64,000 nt of DNA from the human T2T-CHM13v2.0 reference genome, Homo sapiens: assembly GCF_009914755.1 (NCBI RefSeq), contig NC_060934.1; one strand, written 5' to 3'. Below are positions 34,898 to 50,734 of this stretch, in pieces; the stretch's first letter is position 1, and every line of letters starts with the position of its first letter. The position numbers and the translations under genes were made by a program. The notes under the pieces were generated by a model. It saw nothing but the letters and a program-made list of their open reading frames with translations. It did no database searches and was not told the DNA's origin.

Positions 34898-37149
34898 TGT
34901 GTAATTTTATAATTGTAAAACTCTGTCTTATCTGTAAATGATAAGATATTACAATTAGTTGGTTCTTTATGTTTGAGGGGCAAATAAAATTTGAATAAGT
35001 TGTCTTACTCACAAAGACTATGCTTCACGAATAATACACTAAGAACTTTAGTCTCTTCCTACAAATACCTAATTTTATAGTGTATCCTGGCATTTCAAAA
35101 TTACCAAACTGAAAAGTAGTCGTTCTCTCTCTTAGTGTCAATGCTAATTGTATGGTACGTTCATTACTAGAGTACATTTTTTCTAACTTAAATTTTTAAA
35201 TTTATTACATTAAATATTAGATTATGCTATTATATAGTAAATTCAAACTGCCTGTATAATATTGTATCCTATTAAAATGATACAGACATTAAATTTTATG
35301 GGCATTCTAATGATTGTTTTCCATTTTTCCATACTTTTAAAATAAGTTGTTATATGTCCCTTGGGGATGGGGATTATTTTAGGAATACTTTACTACTTAT
35401 TAATTTTCCAAAAGTCAATAATGAAAAATATTTACTTCCCAACACACCCTGGCAAGATATTTTATAAGTGAAAGACATAATTTCATTCTGACCTTTTTAA
35501 TTCTAAGGCCTTTTCATGTTGTTTTTTTTTTTTTTTCAATCTGATCTAATTTTTAACTCTCTCTATTTATTACCATAACCAAATTTCATTTTACTTTATT
35601 TTTAGCTAGTTATTTCTGCCTAGGCATTTTCTCCTTTTTCATATTTCGACCTAAGAATTTGTTCCTCATGTAAGACTTTTCTGACAAGTCACTTCCTCCC
35701 CCAAGTATAGGTCAAATATTTTGCGATAATCCTTAGCCTTTCCTTTGTATTCAGCGAACACATCTCAGTTTATAATTACATTGCTTGTCAGTGGGTACTT
35801 TGGCAATATTTGTGTTTCACTTTATGCCCCTGAGAAGAGGAATCATTATTAGCCAAGCTCCTATCCCAGCTTTTTATCCCGGAGCCCAGCAAATAGCTTA
35901 GCCCAGATTAGCATTGATGTTTTGAATGAATGAATTTTAAAAAGAAACGTATCATTTTCACAAAATGTCCTGTTATTTACATTAAAGCTAATTTGTTCTT
36001 GTCAAATCTGTATTATATATGAAATTTAGTTTTAACACTTATTCCTGCAGCATTTGCTGAATATGCAAGGATCGATAATTGATAAATTCTAAGGAAGTTC
36101 TATTTCCTTTAAGACACATTTAAGGTATTGTTGGAGAAAGGGCTATGAATATTGTAAATTCTCACAGAGAGTATGGAGATGTTTGTACATAAATATATAC
36201 TTATTATAAAATAATATTTTAAATCGTCGAACTTAGATAAAATATATGCTTATAAAATATAAGAATAAAATTCTAATATACTTGGAAAGTAAGAACCAAA
36301 TCTCAGCCTGTAAGTTAAAACTTATGGTTTATATACAACAAAAACTACTGGGGCTGTTTTTATTTCTGTGACCCAATTAAACTAATCTTTTCTCAAATTT
36401 CATCCCTATGTCTGAGTATACTAATATTGGCAAAGCCCTCTCTATCCTAAAATAATGTCTATTTTAATATGTCTTCATAGAAAAGTCATTAAAAAGCAGT
36501 GAACATAGCCACTAAGTATGATTTTAATATTTTTGTTGAAATGACTAAATTAATAGAAAGTGACAAAAAGTACCTTAAGAAGAATTTTAAAAAACAAAAA
36601 CAAAAGATTGAACAAAGCATATGTGGAAATATAAATTATAATTTTCTTCCACTTTATTAACACTCTTGTCTAATTAGACAATAATTACTTTAAAAACTAA
36701 CACTTTCCCCTTAGAATTACTGCTGAAGTTGAAAGGTTCAAGTTTTTAATTACTGCTCATAAAGCATGCAGTGAAACTTTCTAAACTATGAAAAGTCTAC
36801 TATCTTATGATTCAGCAAGATATTTATCTTATAAAAACATCATTAATAAGTACAAAATCTCATTTAAATTAACAGCAAGAAACTTTCATTTTCCTTTCCA
36901 GTGTCAGAGATGGGTGAAATAAATCAAAATCAAGGATCTTTTGTGGATGAAAGGAAGTAGAAATCTTAAGACTAGAAACTCACTAATGTGATGCCCATGG
37001 GCAAAGATGAAATCAGATATTACAGATGATTTTGAAGTTGCAGTTTTAATAATGATAAAGGTATAGTGAAAGGGAGAATTGAAGCAGAAATGAATTTCAT
37101 ACTGTTGCCCACACCAATCAACTCATCATGCATTTCAAAAGTATATTCC

Positions 37150-37452
37150 GGCACAACATGGTGGCTCACACATGTAATCCTAGCACTTTGGGAGGTCAAC
37201 ATAAAAGAATGGATTGAGGTCAGGAGTTCAAAGCCAGCCTGGGCAAAGTAGCAAGACCCAGTCTCTGCAGAATAGACAAAATAAAAAAATTAGCCGGGAG
37301 TAAGGGCACACACCTGAAGTCCTACCACTCTCCAGAGGCTGATGGGGGAGGATGGTTTGAGCCCAGGAGTTCAAGGTTACAGTGAGATATGATCGTGTTA
37401 CTGCAGGGACAGATTGAGAGCCCAAAAACAAACAAAACAAATAAACAAAAAA
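37150..37452 (+). mobile_element. Diverged AluJ
   Basis: gagcccaggagttcaaggttacagtgag. TSD aaaagtatattcc. Confidence 0.88.
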
Positions 37453-38968
37453 GTATATTCCACTAATACCTTGTAAATGGGGGTGTATGAAGTTTTTTTA
37501 AATCAGATATAATGATAATAGCGTGTGTGCATGGCAGTGTGTGTGTGCGTGCGTGTCAGGTTGCATATATTAAGTGTAAACACCACAGTTATTTCAGGAA
37601 GGGATCATAAATGCATAAGAATCTAAGTGTCCATAAAATACCGTAAATAAATAATTAAAGCTGATTGAGAAATAATGGGGGCTCTGGAGACTGTGCAGAA
37701 TTTAAACTTAGCAACTTTGCAGAAGTCTACGTCTATTTTTTCCATCTTCCAATTTTTTAGGTAACATTGAGTGTCTGGATTTTCATATGCAATTATGCAA
37801 TTTATTTTAATTAAACTATTTTCTAGTGTATAGTGTGGCCAAGGAAACGCAGCTTTATGTGCCATCCAGACCATGTTGCAATAGTTTAAAGCCTTGGGCT
37901 TAAGGATCTGTTAGTAACATGACATTTGTATGATCAGAGCTATCTCTCCATACGCATTTAGGACCACTGTACTATCATCACGTCCAAAACTTCCTTTCAT
38001 AATCACAATCTTTGAAAATTCTCACACTTTAGAGTATCTTCCTGCCTAGAAAAATCTATCACAGTAATATATGCACTCACCATAAAGATAATGTACCAGG
38101 ATGCTGAGGATATACTAGGTGGAAATTTTAGAACTGCTGTTGTTCAGGATTTTCTCAAAAGAGAAATATTCAGAAATATCAGGTAGTTACTTTACAAAGT
38201 AACATATATAAATATATGTATATACACACACACATATATTTATATATGCACAAAGGGTTTCTTAAATGCACATGTACCTTTAAAGTAAGAATGCATTTTG
38301 GGCATAGTCATCACCAACACAAAGTTCATTCTTGCCTCATGTATTGATTTATGCTTTAAATTTTGTAATCATGTGAGCAATCTTTAAAATGATACCAGAT
38401 TCCCAGGTTAAAGTCATTTGGATGACATTTATTTATGTTTTTTGTACTATTTTGAGTTTGAGGGATGGTGTTAGAAAATCTTGTAAACTAGCTTTTGGTA
38501 TTTTCTGATTATTATTTTTTATTTTTTGGTGAGCAACACTAAGACTGGCATTTCAACTTCCAATGAGGGTCCTTATATAATACTCAGTTAAGCATATTAC
38601 TGCTAAATTCAAACAAATTTTAAAAACAAAAAAAGATATAAATGATTGAAAGCATGACAAATGTTCCCTGTAGATGTTTTCTAATTTTTAATACATTGAA
38701 TTAAAAATATGCCTTTCCAAGTGAATTTTAGATATTGGTTACCACCTTCAAGATCATCATTTATGTATTTGTGAAGGTGAAAGTAGGAGGCATACATAAT
38801 ATTATATCTGTAATAAATGTAACTTTTTAAAGTAACATAACATCTATATATGGCAGGAAATAATAATGATACAACATTAAATAGATATAGACCTGATGAT
38901 ATAGTTGGAATTCTCCAAACTCTTGCATAACACTTATGTAATCAATGTGAATTTAAAAACATACAATT

Positions 38969-39326
<358 letters not shown>

Positions 39327-40597
39327 CTAAACTACAAAATTTGCCCTGATGATTGGTGTATTGAAGAGAAAAACAATTATTTGTATCTCATGATACTTAT
39401 CGAAAGAGTTTGTAGACAAATAAAAAACACACTAGCAAAACACACTCTGTTTCATGTTAATTAAAGGGAGAAATACTGTTCACAGAAATTAGCTTCCAAA
39501 AATCATTCTTCGTGAAAACACATAAGTAAACTAATTTTAATACTCTCAGTTATAACTAAAATGGTATCATCCACTATCTTCCACTAACTAAGTATTAAAT
39601 ACAGAGCATAAGCTATTCCAACTGTCATATTAAACAACTTTAAGTATGGCTTATGTCTATAATTTTCTTGTAATCTCATTCTGAATGGAGCTTTCTTGAG
39701 CAACAGTAATTACAGAGGAGTTAAGAGTCTGGAAATAGTTATTTGTTTATAGAAAGAAAAACTAATAAGAGAATGAACATACTTAGTCTAATTAGAAAAG
39801 TTTTGTTTAAACTACCATTAGAAGTAAAATAATGCCACAAACTGAAATGAATCCCTGGATATTCTTAAAACATTATTGTTACTTTAGTTTCTTAAAAACA
39901 AATTAAGCAGACACTCATTTTTTCCAATAGCTTGTAAACTTTTGAATCTTGGGTATAATTTTAATTCTTGAGAGTGTCACATATTTGATAAAGAATGTTT
40001 GTCTAAGATTTCTATGCATATGTGTATTTGAGTATATGCTATATTAACATATGTGTATTAGACTGCCAAGATAAAATATAACTAATCAAAGCATTTATTA
40101 TTTAACTTTGATTAAATCTATTAGCTTCTTTACAGATTTTGCTCATTTGTAAGAGGAGGTTAGGTTTCTTCCCCCAGGATAAAAGGGATGAGTTATCTGT
40201 TTCTCTTGGGACAGATGTACTGTGGTAAATGCAGTGATAAGAGATAAATGAAAATAAAGAGAAGCCCCTAACCAAACAGAAATGAAAAGAACAATAATAG
40301 AAAAGAGTGTCTGGGGACAGTGTTCGAGGTTACTTTTTCCTTTTTCTAAAATGATTTTTTGCAATTCATGAAAACAAGCCTGAAGCGTAAACTTGTCATC
40401 TCATTTTGAGATGCATTTCTCCTAATATTAGGTATTAAAATATAATGATCAGGCATATTTTTAAGACTCTTTTCACCTTGTTTGAAATGTATTGCTTCAC
40501 AAAGTCTTTGTGGAGCTTTCTTTTTTTTTAAGAAAAGAAGAAATAATACAAATATAGTTTAGGTTGTGTTAATGCTTGAAGAAAGGTGTAAAGGGAG

Positions 40598-40948
40598 TGA
40601 TATGCTTTGGTTGTGTCCCCACCCAAATCTCACCTTGAATTGTAATAATCCCCATGTGTCAAGGGTGGGGCCAGGTGAAGATAATTGAATCACGGGGCAT
40701 TTTCCCCCATACTGTTCTTGTGATAGTGAATAAGTCTCATGAGATCTGGTTCTATAAATGGGAGTTCCCCTGCACAAGCTCTCTTGCCTGCTGCCATGTA
40801 AGACATCACTTTGCTGCTCCTTCACCTTCTGCCATGATTGTGAGGCCTCCCCAGCCATGTGGAACTGTGAGTCAATTAAACCTCTTTCCTTTATACATTA
40901 TCCAGTCTTGGGTATGTCTTTATTAGCAGCCTGAGAACAACTAATACA
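40598..40948 (+). mobile_element. THE1 solo LTR (THE1B-like)
   Basis: tgatatgctttgg...ctaataca. Perfect 5-bp TSD gggag. Confidence 0.93.
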
Positions 40949-40959
40949 GGGAGAGAAAG

Positions 40960-42230
40960 AAGGTTGGAGTAGGGAGAAGATTGCTAGGGTATTAAAGGAA
41001 AGCCCTCTGAAAATGACACTTGAGCTGAGACCTGAATAAACTAAGGGATATTTTAGAGAATCCCATAACAGGGAAGCAGGCATACCACTTTCAATGGCTC
41101 TGAGTGGGGAGCATGCCAGCCATGGATGAGAAACAGCAAATAGGCCAGATTAATAAGAGGGAGGGAGTAGTACTAGAGATGAGAGACGTAGCCAACAAGA
41201 AACTGAGAGAATGGAGGTGCCACTTACTGGAATGTGATCCTCCCTATTGGGGAGCGGCAGGTTTGGAGTAGAAATCAAGAGTTTGGCTTTGATTGCTCAA
41301 ATAAAGTTTGAAATATCTATTAAACTACCAAATACAGATGTCCCATAGATTGATATGAATGAATCTGAAAGTCAGGGTAGACAAAAAATTGCCAGTCATG
41401 AAATGAACATGGCACTAACATAGGCTATCTACGGAGGATGTACAAAGAGAGAAAAAATCAGGACTTGCAAATATTTAGAGGTCAGAAAAATAAAGGGTAT
41501 GTGGCTAAAGAGATAAGAAGGAGTGAGAGGGAATGCCTGAAGCCAAATGAAGAAGGATTTCAAACAGGAGAGAATGCTAATATGTTGAGTGCCACTAATA
41601 GGTTGAGGAAGATAAGGATTGAGGATTAACTCTTGTGTATTTGCAAAACAGAAGTCACTGATGCCCTTGAGAAGAGTGGTTTTAGTGGAGGAGTGGGAAC
41701 AAAAGCCTGACTAGAGGTTTTCAAGAAAATAGAGTTCATATAATTTGTTAGTGTTTTTTTTTACTGTGCAAGTGAGCAACCAAATGCGGAGATAGGAAGA
41801 CAGTGGGGACAATGAGTCCATGAACTTGGCACATGTGTGCACTTGTGTTAAAGATAGAGCTATTACCAATGAAAATAATCTATTAAAAAGTACAGTGCAG
41901 ACAAAACAGGAGAGAGAATGGACACACCTGCACAGTAAGAGAAAAGTCCTTTCTTAGGTTGGTAGAGGAAATTAGATCCTCCAGACAGTGGTAATTAACC
42001 AGAGAGAAGGTCCAGGATAGGTGGAAGTTTGCGGATGAGAAAGATGTATCGGAGCTTTGAGGATAAAGAGAATGTATGAAGGATTCCTTTGAAAAGTAAT
42101 AGTGTGAATTAAGTGGCAAAATGGCATACAGTTATACAGTTATTGCATAGGGATGATGGACCACTTGATGTTTGTTTTTTCTTTTATTTTCCAGCCACAT
42201 GAAGCTGTTGGCATGTAGGATTAGAGTAGA
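40960..42230 (-). mobile_element. L2 fragments
   Basis: Purine-rich decayed L2 (gacacttgagctgagacctgaat; gaagtcactgatgcccttga). Confidence 0.6.
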
Positions 42231-43023
42231 CAAACTACTATTTTTATTTTTTTATGTTTAGTTTTCTTTATAATACACTTCTTCAAGTTTACCAATTAAA
42301 ATATTTTGAATCTCATAATTAAGTCTTAAATATACGTGTTCATGGGTGGTAATTACTTAAAACACTTGGATAGTAGCAAGCAATGAAACTTCTCTTTCTC
42401 TTCTGTTGTATTCACCACCACTTTAGCCTGAATAACTGAGCAAATACCAGGTTCTTGGAACACTGGCATAAACTATGTATCTAGGACTATGGCTCTGTCC
42501 ATCAGCACAAGCCACTAGTAATTCAGAAATTGGTCATTTATATAATGGCATTTATTGCATCTTTACCACGAACAATATGATTTTTTAAACATGGTTTAAA
42601 CTATATTATACAAATAATTCAGCTGTGTTTGATACTTCTTATATGTAAGAATCACTTTCCTTTTTATAGGTTACTTTTCCTCTTTTTATAATATCTGAAA
42701 TTTAAGGATGCTGTCTCAGAGAGCCCTTTATTTATGCAGGCAAGATAAGAATCTATCTGAGATACTCTCACATTCTTAAAAACTAAATAGCTACCCATGT
42801 GTGTGTGCATAGTGATGTCAGAAGTTCTTAACTGAGTCGTAAATTCCAAAGAATCTTAGCTAAAATGAAGCTCATATCTTGCTAATTCTTCTCTGTTAAC
42901 CCATAAGAAAACAGAAGCCCAGAGAAATTAAAAGATTTGTTCAAGATTTGCTTGATAGCATACTAAGGTGGATTTAGGACTTTGGGCTCTGAATTGCTTA
43001 ATATGGAAGTGTTGCTCAGGGAA

Positions 43024-43101
43024 AAGCCCAAACCCCAGCATTACACAATAAATCCATGCAACAAATTTATACATGCAGCCTCTGAATCTATAATTTAAAA
43101 A
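43024..43101 (+). mobile_element. L1PB 3' terminal fragment
   Basis: aagcccaaaccccagcattacacaata...ctgaatctat. Confidence 0.65.
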
Positions 43102-43199
43102 TGTGCAAAACCAAGCATCTTTGAGGAACAAAATTCTGAGATATTATAAGACTTTGAAAGTCATATTAGGCTTTGCTATTGTTCAGATTTTTTAAATAT

Positions 43200-43510
43200 T
43201 TTTAATTTTTTTCATTTAAATTTTAAGATTTTGTTGTGGTAAAATGTACATAACATATAATGTACCATTTTAGCCATTTTAAGTTTACAGTTTAGTGGCT
43301 TTAAGGACATTCACATTGTTGTATAGCCATCACCACCATCCATCTTCAGAACTTTTCATCGTTACAAACTGGAACTCTATCCATTAAATAGGTGCTCCCC
43401 ATTAAGCCCTGCTCCCCGCCCCTGGTAACCATTATTCTATGTTATTTCTCTATTAATTTGACTATTCTGGGTATGGTATATTTGTGAAATGATATGAAAT
43501 TTGTGCTTTC
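43200..43510 (-). mobile_element. L1MB 3' end
   Basis: ttgtggtaaaatgtacataacat...cccctggtaaccattattcta. Confidence 0.8.
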
Positions 43511-43569
43511 AATGGACAAGCATTTGAGGGGATTCAAAATTGAATTATTTTATCACGTTTCAGATGGAA

Positions 43570-43950
43570 CTACAATTATTGAGCATCACCATTTTAGACA
43601 TTTTACTAGGAACCTTAAATACATGTTTTATTTTAAATTCTGGATCAAAATTCTGAACTAATTGATTTCATTTCTTTATAAATTGGACAGAAGCTGAGCA
43701 TGAGAGGTTAGGTAGCCCTCTCAAAGTCAAACATTAGAGGCAAGACTAGAAGTGGAATCTTCAAACCCATGTCCATTAACATTTCACAGAACTTTGAAGT
43801 ACATTATGCTTGCAGTGATTAAAGCTTGCGATCAAGTGTCTGACTAACCTGAGTTGCAATCCTGACTCTGCCTCTTACATGCTACAATATTTTGGGCAGT
43901 TTTCTGAACTTTTCAAACCCTCAGTTTTTCCTTTGCAAAATGTTAAAATG
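43570..43950. mobile_element. Two MIR fragments in opposite orientation
   Basis: agaagctgagcatgagaggttaggta (-) and cctcagtttttcctttgcaaaatg (+). Confidence 0.5.
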
Positions 43951-44904
43951 ATAGTTTGAAAATCATCTAGAAAGGGTGTTGATTATAGCATAGCACAAGA
44001 CAGAAACTTTTCCATATCATAAAGAAAAAAATATAGGCTTTTTGAGATACTAAGAAGATTATCATTTATATCTGAAAGGGAATTCAGATTGCTTAGGGAA
44101 ATTATACCTAAGATGAGACTCACAATGGCAGATAATAATAAAATAGCGATATTTTTCACATATTAAAATGCATGTGTTATTGTATATAACAATTATATAT
44201 TTAAAAATTGTCCTTCAGATATACTCAAACACGTCTTCAAATACCTTCATATAAGGATATTTACTGAAGTATGATTTGTAATACGAAGAGGTTGTAAACA
44301 ATTAGAATGTACAGCAATAAAGGATACAATAGGTTAAAGAAAAAATGTATTATAGGTATAGAATATTTGCTATGTACCTAATTTTTTAAAATCATATTTA
44401 TAAACTAAAATAGATACTCTAGGATATGTCAAGGAGCTAAGGAAATCATTTAGTTTACTATTTGGATGTTTACACTGAATCTTCAAAGTGTTACATTTTC
44501 TTAAAAGAAAATGTTAAAGCATATGTGGCATTTAGTCAAATGTATATGAATATGTATTTATGGCCTCTTTATGTAAATGCATATATGAGATGTTCTTGAA
44601 GTAAAAAATAATTCTGTGTTTTTTTCTCTTGACACAAGTTGAAGCTATTACAAAAGCTAATTATTTAATTAAAATAACACTGGAAAAAATGTTTTAAATT
44701 TCATTTGTTAAGCTAGAAAATATTTAGGAAGGGAGGAAATAATTTAGATCAATACCATGTGTATATTTAAATCAGATTTTCAAAGTTTGACCTTTTTACA
44801 GAAAATCTAACAGCAACAATCATTTCCAGCGTTACTCCAGGTCAAATCATTTGATAGTGTTATTTCCTATAGAATAGTAGTGTGTATTAGAATAGAATGT
44901 CTGA

Positions 44905-45666
44905 AAACTTAGGCTACACTAAATTTATAAAATGCATTTTTTAAATAGTAAACTAACTTTAGCTTACTGTTGTTTTTAATAAAATTTTTAATTTTTAACT
45001 TTTTTAGCTTTTTGACTCTTGAACACATGGTATAGCCATACAACATAGTTTCTTTCTTTATATTTTTATTCTATAACCTTTTTCTATTTTAAAAATTATT
45101 AATTTAATTTTTACTTTTAAAGCATTTTTTAAACCTAGACCCAAAAATACACATTAGCCTAGGCCTACACAGGGTCAAGATAATCAATATCCCTGTCTTC
45201 CTCCTCCATATCTTGTCCCAGTACAAGACTCTGAGAGGCAATAACATGCACGGAGCTGTCATCTCCTATGATAATAATGCCTTCTTCTGGAATATCTCTT
45301 GAAGAACCTGTCTGAGGGTGGTTTACAGTTAATTTTTTTATAAGGAGATGAAGTACACTCTAAAATAACAATAAAACTTACAGTATTGTAAATACATAAA
45401 TTAGTAATATAATCATTTGCTATCGTTTTCAAGTACTATATACTAAGTGTATGTGCTATTATTTTTATCACTGGCAGCACAGTAGGTTTGTTTATACCAG
45501 AATCACCACAAACGTGTGAGTAATGCTTTCTGAGATGATGTTACAAGGGCTATATCACCAGGAAATAGAAATAGAAATTTTTCAGCTATGTTATAGCCTT
45601 ATGGGACCACCATTGTATATGTTGTACATTGTTGACCAAAATGCCATTATGCAGAGCATGACCATA
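44905..45666 (-). mobile_element. Tigger3 (Golem)-family element, partial
   Basis: acacattagcctaggcctacacagggtca...tatgggaccacc...cagagcatgac. Opposite orientation to the copy at 50097. Confidence 0.85.
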
Positions 45667-45674
45667 CAAATGTA

Positions 45675-46000
45675 CAGATGCTCATCAAATTACAATGAGG
45701 ATACATCCTGTTAAAATCATTGAAGTCAAAAATATTGTAAGTTAAAATGCATTTAATAAACTCTGTCTACTGAACATCATAGCTTAGCTTAGCCTACCTT
45801 AACCATGCTCAGAACACTTGCATTAGCTTACAGTTGGGCAAAATCATCTAATACAAAGTTAATTTTTATAATAGTGTTGAATATAGTATGTGACTGATTG
45901 AACGGCACTGAAGTAAAGCTTCCACTGAATGCATATCACTTGGCACCATCATAAATCCAAAAAATTGTAAATTGAACCACTGTAAGTTGGCGACTCTCTG
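45675..46000 (+). mobile_element. MER47A (Tigger5-derived MITE)
   Basis: cagatgctc...catagcttagcttagcctacctta...ctctctg, with TA on both sides. Confidence 0.85.
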
Positions 46001-46104
46001 TATATAAAATATGTGTGTGTGTGTTTATGTATTTTAAATCATCACTGCCTCTACTTTTCTAATTTTTGCATGGAAATCCAAATCCAAGGGAGCAAGACAG
46101 CCAA

Positions 46105-46244
46105 TTTTTTTTTTTTTTTTTTTTTTTTGTATTTTTAGTAGAGACGGAGTTTCACCATGTTGGTCAGGCTAGTCTTGTACTCCTGACCTCGTGATCAGCC
46201 TCCCCAAGTGCTGGGATTACAGGTGTGAGCCACCGCACTCGGCC
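46105..46244 (-). mobile_element. Left-monomer-only AluS
   Basis: Left arm plus linker plus 24-nt poly(A). TSD aaga(c/t)agccaatttt. Confidence 0.9.
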
Positions 46245-46500
46245 AAGATAGCCAATTTTAATAATAACCCAGAGCTAAAAATGTCTAGAAAATTAAAATC
46301 ATCAGCTAATAACCAAACTATTATATAAATATAGATTATTTTCTAGAAAAGAAAAGTTCAAAGGCCATTTAATAGTTGAAATTTTATGATGGGTGCAAAT
46401 TTTGATGCACTATGTTTTGCTTTAGATCCTTTTTAAAGAAAGCATTAAATAAGGAATGCTTTACAGAGTTATTGAGATTTTTTAGCAAAAAGAAGTCCTC

Positions 46501-48140
46501 ATTATTTTTGTTTTGGTTTCCTGTGCTTTTGGTGTCATATCCATAAAATCATTGCTGAGACGAACATCATGAAGCTTTTCCCTCATATTTCTTTTTGCAC
46601 TTTAATGATTTGAGTCTTACATTTACGTCAATAACCCATTTTGAATTTTTTGTGTGTATGGTGTAAAATTGTGTCCAATACCATTCTTTTTTATATTCTT
46701 ATCTATTTTTCCACCACCATGTGTTGATTAGGTCATTGTGACTTTTTGGCACCCTTAGTGAAGATCAGTTGACTATATATACATAGATTTATTTCTGAGT
46801 TCTGTATCATATTCCAGTATTCTATATGTCTGTTGTACAAGTGGTACTATATCAAACTAAAAAGGCTCTGTACAGCAAAGGAAACAACAGAGTGAAGAGG
46901 CATTTTGCCTTAACAGAATGGGAGAAAATATTTGCAAAATGTATATTTGATAAAGGTTTGATCTCCAAAATACTTTATTTTTGAAACTCCTGTAACTCAA
47001 TAAAGCATGTGACTTGATTTTAAAAATGGGCTAAAGACTTGGAAAGACAATTTTCCCCAAAAGAACTATAAATAGCCAATAGATATATTTAAAAATGTTC
47101 AATGTCCCTAATGATAAGAAGAATGCAAATCAAAGTCAACAAGAGATATCTCCTCACACCTGTCAGTATGGCTATTACAAAACAAAAACAAAGAAATCAA
47201 AACAATAAAACCCCAAAGACAGTATGTTTTTAGTAAGAATGTGGAGAAAGTGGAACTCTTGAAAACTGTTGGTGGGAATGCAAAATGGTGCAGCCACTAT
47301 AGAAATCACTACGGAGGTTTCTAAAAAAATTTAAAAATGGAACTACCATATGATTCAGTAATCAAAATTCTTGGCATTTATCCAAAAGAATCAAAATTAC
47401 AGTCTCAGATACAATCATATACTAGTACTCTTATGCTCATTGCGACTCTATTTACAATATCCAAGATGTGGAAACAACCTAAATGTCCATCAACAAGTAC
47501 ATGAATAAAAAAATGTGCTACATATATAATATATACTGACTAAAACTCTCTCCTTTGACCAAAACTTTATTTGGACTCTTTTGAATCTTATGCTTGGCTA
47601 GGTCTAACCTTGGGCTTCTCTTTCTGTCCTTGTTGAATCCAGTTTGAGCAAGATTCCTGTTAAGTCAGCTTAGGAAAAAAGCTTCAATATCTTATGACAC
47701 TGGACTCCATTCAGCAATAATTCCATCAAGTTGATGTAGCTAGAAACCTCGTTTTTCTGTATGTTTCCTCTTAGTAATTTTCCATTCACTGAACCCCACC
47801 CTGCTTTTTGGTATAAGTCTCCACTTGTCATGGCGGAAGTCAGAATTGAGTCCAATCTCTCTCTGCTCCTTTAAGACCACTTTGCTGGGGTCCCTATACC
47901 TATTACCATGCCCATCCTTGAACAATATCTGCCTTAACATCTTTAAGAAAATTCTGCAATATATAATACAATGTTGTATGGCAGAAAGTTTCAGTCAAGC
48001 CAGGTAAAAAAGCCCTAGAGATCTGCCAAACAACATTATGTCTATAGTCAAAGATTATACACTTAAAAATTGGTTAAGAGGATAGGTCTCACGTTAAGCA
48101 TTCTAACCACAATAAAATAAAATTAAAAAAATTAAAAAAA
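46501..48140 (+). mobile_element. L1MA 3' end with inverted 5' segment (46501-46840 minus), interrupted by an LTR
   Basis: Orientation switches near 46840; poly(A) at ~48110-48140. TSD-like aagtc(c/t)tca. Confidence 0.8.
47537..47960 (+). mobile_element. MER31-like ERV1 LTR
   Basis: tgactaaaactctctcctttgaccaaaacttta...ccagtttgagcaagattcctgttaagtcag. Confidence 0.75.
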
Positions 48141-50096
48141 GTCTTCACTAGCATTAAAAATTATTAATTATAAATTTATTACAGAGCTGTCCTCAATTAA
48201 ATTAAAAAATAAAATTGTCAGCCCAATGAAGGCATTATCTTAAAAATTAGAATTAATGTGCAAAGAGTAGAATAATGGGAGTGGTAAAAATTGAAGTTAT
48301 AAAAGTTATGTTCTACCCTCAACCATCCCATTAGTTAGGTAGGCTGGGTAAGTCATTTTTTTTTCTCTAAGCCTCAATTGTACTTCTTTAGACTTGGGCT
48401 AATCATACTAAACAAATGGGATTGCTATTATGTTAAAACACAGACATTAACAAACAGCAGTTCAATCTGACTCTGGCTAACTATATACTGAATAGAATGC
48501 TTAATGTATTTTAACCATTCTCACAGAAGTAGAATAAACAATATAAACAATAAATTTCCGAATCCAAAGTTTAAGAGATGTTAAGGCAAATACTGTATTG
48601 TCTGAAAAGTATACACTTTTGAAAAATACATAGGATTAATATTGAAAATATCAGAATATGCTTAAACAAGTATGCTTACATAGGTTTTCTCCTTTCATCT
48701 CAGTTTGAAAATCTAGCCATGTAAAATCAGTTTCTAGTTACCAGTGATTCACAGATAAGCTTCACCCATTAAAATTTCCATTCCTACTTAAGAATCACAA
48801 AGAAGTTAAACCCCAAAAGCAGCATCTCAAAATCAACTCTGAAAGGCAATTACTTTTTCAATAAGTAAAATTCATGAGGAAAATTTGTCACTGCATTAGC
48901 AAGTTGTCTCTCCATAGAATAAAGAACCAAAGCTTTACTTGTTCATTGTGTATGAGAAGATCAGGATCAGTCAGTTAATGCTTGTGTTGAGAACATTTAT
49001 AATGTCAAAATAAGGTTAATAATCCTAAAAATTAGATAACTTAATAAAGCAACATTAGACTACCTAAAAATTCCAATGCTCAAAAAGTAATTCAATATTT
49101 TTAGATATGCTAAATTGGGTATCTGCTTTCTCAGTAACGTTTCCAAAATACCTATCTTCTCTTCACATTCAATTTTTCTTTCTTACTACAACTCTTTAGC
49201 CACAACTACATAAACCTTAAAATAAAATTTTCTGATATTATTATTAATATATATGTCCACATAGGTAGATAAAATGGCTATAAAATAGGTAATTTTTAAA
49301 GTTTATGAGCTAAGTGATGCTAACAGAAGCAATTCTACAAATACATATGCAAAGTGTATTATTCATTTAAAACAATTAACACAAAGCACTCTTTTTTGGA
49401 TATGGTAACTACCAAAGTCAAAAAAACAAAGAGCTGAAATATTATGTAAATTGTTCACAGAAACTGTTGATCTCCAAACCAGTCAATTATTATCACGGCT
49501 TGAATGTTATATAAAATGGTAGAAAAATTCTTGATCAACACTTACATTTTGCCTCTGACTACTTTCCTCATTAACTTACCAGCCATGAAAAGCACTGTGC
49601 AAAAGTCAGCAATTAGGGACTGAATAAAGTTTTAAGTGGATCAATATAACATATTTGGCATATCTATGACACTTCTATTAACATTCATCAATTTATGAAA
49701 TAACGACATTAAGTAATTGTGTTCATCCCAAAAACCCAAATATCAAATACTATTTGCATGACTGTGTTATACATAGAGCAGAAGGCAGTGAAGACATGAT
49801 CTTTGCTTTTGTCACCTATGAAGACAAATATATTGAGTCACCTATGAATACAATATATTGGAGTGTGCTCTATAAGACAAGTAGATGCCAACTCCTACTG
49901 GTCTTGGAGAAAATGTAAATAATTCTATTGGATGGGAGCAGCAAAGTAGGTAGCAATTTCACAGAATGGGTGGTATTGGGGCATGTTCTTGAAGGAATGA
50001 GAGGTCATCAAACAGACAAAAACGTTTTGAACATAGGTTATAAGCAATAAAGAAACTGTGGAGTTGCAAAAAATACAGCATGATCAAGAAATTGTA

Positions 50097-50734
<638 letters not shown>

